Shown here: in pieces, positions 63,340 to 64,000 of the stretch
Numbering within the stretch: the first letter of the stretch is position 1
How the letters are laid out: each line of letters begins with the position of its first letter
NCBI GenBank assembly: GCA_010909165.1
Contig: MU008191.1
Span: forward strand, 186,001 to 250,000
From: Anthoceros angustus
Lineage: Eukaryota; Plantae; Anthocerotophyta
Direction of reading: 5' to 3'
DNA length: 64,000 bases
Notes under the pieces: model-generated
What the model saw: only the letters and a program-made list of their open reading frames with translations
What the model was told of the DNA's origin: nothing
Databases searched by the model: none
Program-made: the position numbers and the translations under genes

Positions 63340-64000
63340 GTCGACAGACTGTTGTGCAAGCTTCTGCTCCTGAGGATGCCCGAGCGCCTGCACATGTACA
63401 GCGCTCTAGACTATTGCCCGATCGTTGAAAACTGATCAAGTGCGTACCGATCCCTTGGTGGAAGCGCCTTATGTAGTCTCAAGTTCTCACTCTCAGACCG
63501 GTAGGATCCTCACACGTTCCATGCCTGCATCATCTGCACCCTGCAGGTGAGCAGGCTCGCTGCATGCTCTATGCTCTATGCAATGAGTATAAATTCCGGT
63601 ACAGGCCTACAGATTCTTGGCGCACCCTAGCGAGCAAAAGGAATAGGCTTTGTCTACGATTCTGGACTGGTGCCTGATGGATCAAGGTGAGATAACATTG
63701 GCGAACTTGTGACATTATTGTCATCAGCTGAATATGTAAAAGCACAGAAGAAGCATGAGCTCGTTGATTCTTGAACAACGAAGTCACCGATTAAGTACAA
63801 TTCGTGGACGTTTGATGATATTCTTGATGTACTGGCAGCATCGTATGCTCAAGAGTCTGGAATCAGTTGAGGTGGGTCTCTCAGTTGTACATGTATGGCT
63901 CATGATGCCTTATGAGGTGTCAGTGGTAACTAATTTGGTCCAAGCTTAGAGATGAGCTTGCATCTTCAAGTGGACCAGATTCAAGTCGGTAGGCTTTCAT

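Overview
Gene-dense eukaryotic nuclear DNA from a land plant with short GT-AG introns. PLS-class PPR genes and two cilium genes point to a flagellate-sperm lineage, most plausibly a hornwort or lycophyte (inference). In order, the window holds: an intronless deoxyhypusine synthase; a cluster of three PLS-E/E+ PPR editing-factor genes (one broken by an internal inversion, two head-to-head); a TE/minisatellite island with a LINE RT relic and a CACTA TnpA-like ORF; an RLK/Pelle kinase; a Chibby-family gene; an EF-hand-TMEM65 gene; NCED with a 1-nt frameshift; an AT-rich LRRC6/DNAAF11 gene; a multi-exon SbcD(Mre11)-SbcC(Rad50) single-chain fusion with an organelle-type N-terminal extension; an ABCG half-transporter; an IRE-type AGC kinase; and a microhomology-bounded 2.68-kb duplication/triplication next to a gene for a secreted acidic-repeat protein. 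The most notable items are the fused SbcDC nuclease-ATPase (candidate organellar DNA-end/hairpin-processing enzyme), the EF-hand-TMEM65 fusion, plant Chibby and the secreted repeat protein. Family calls come from motif recognition and hand splicing only; no database searches were run.
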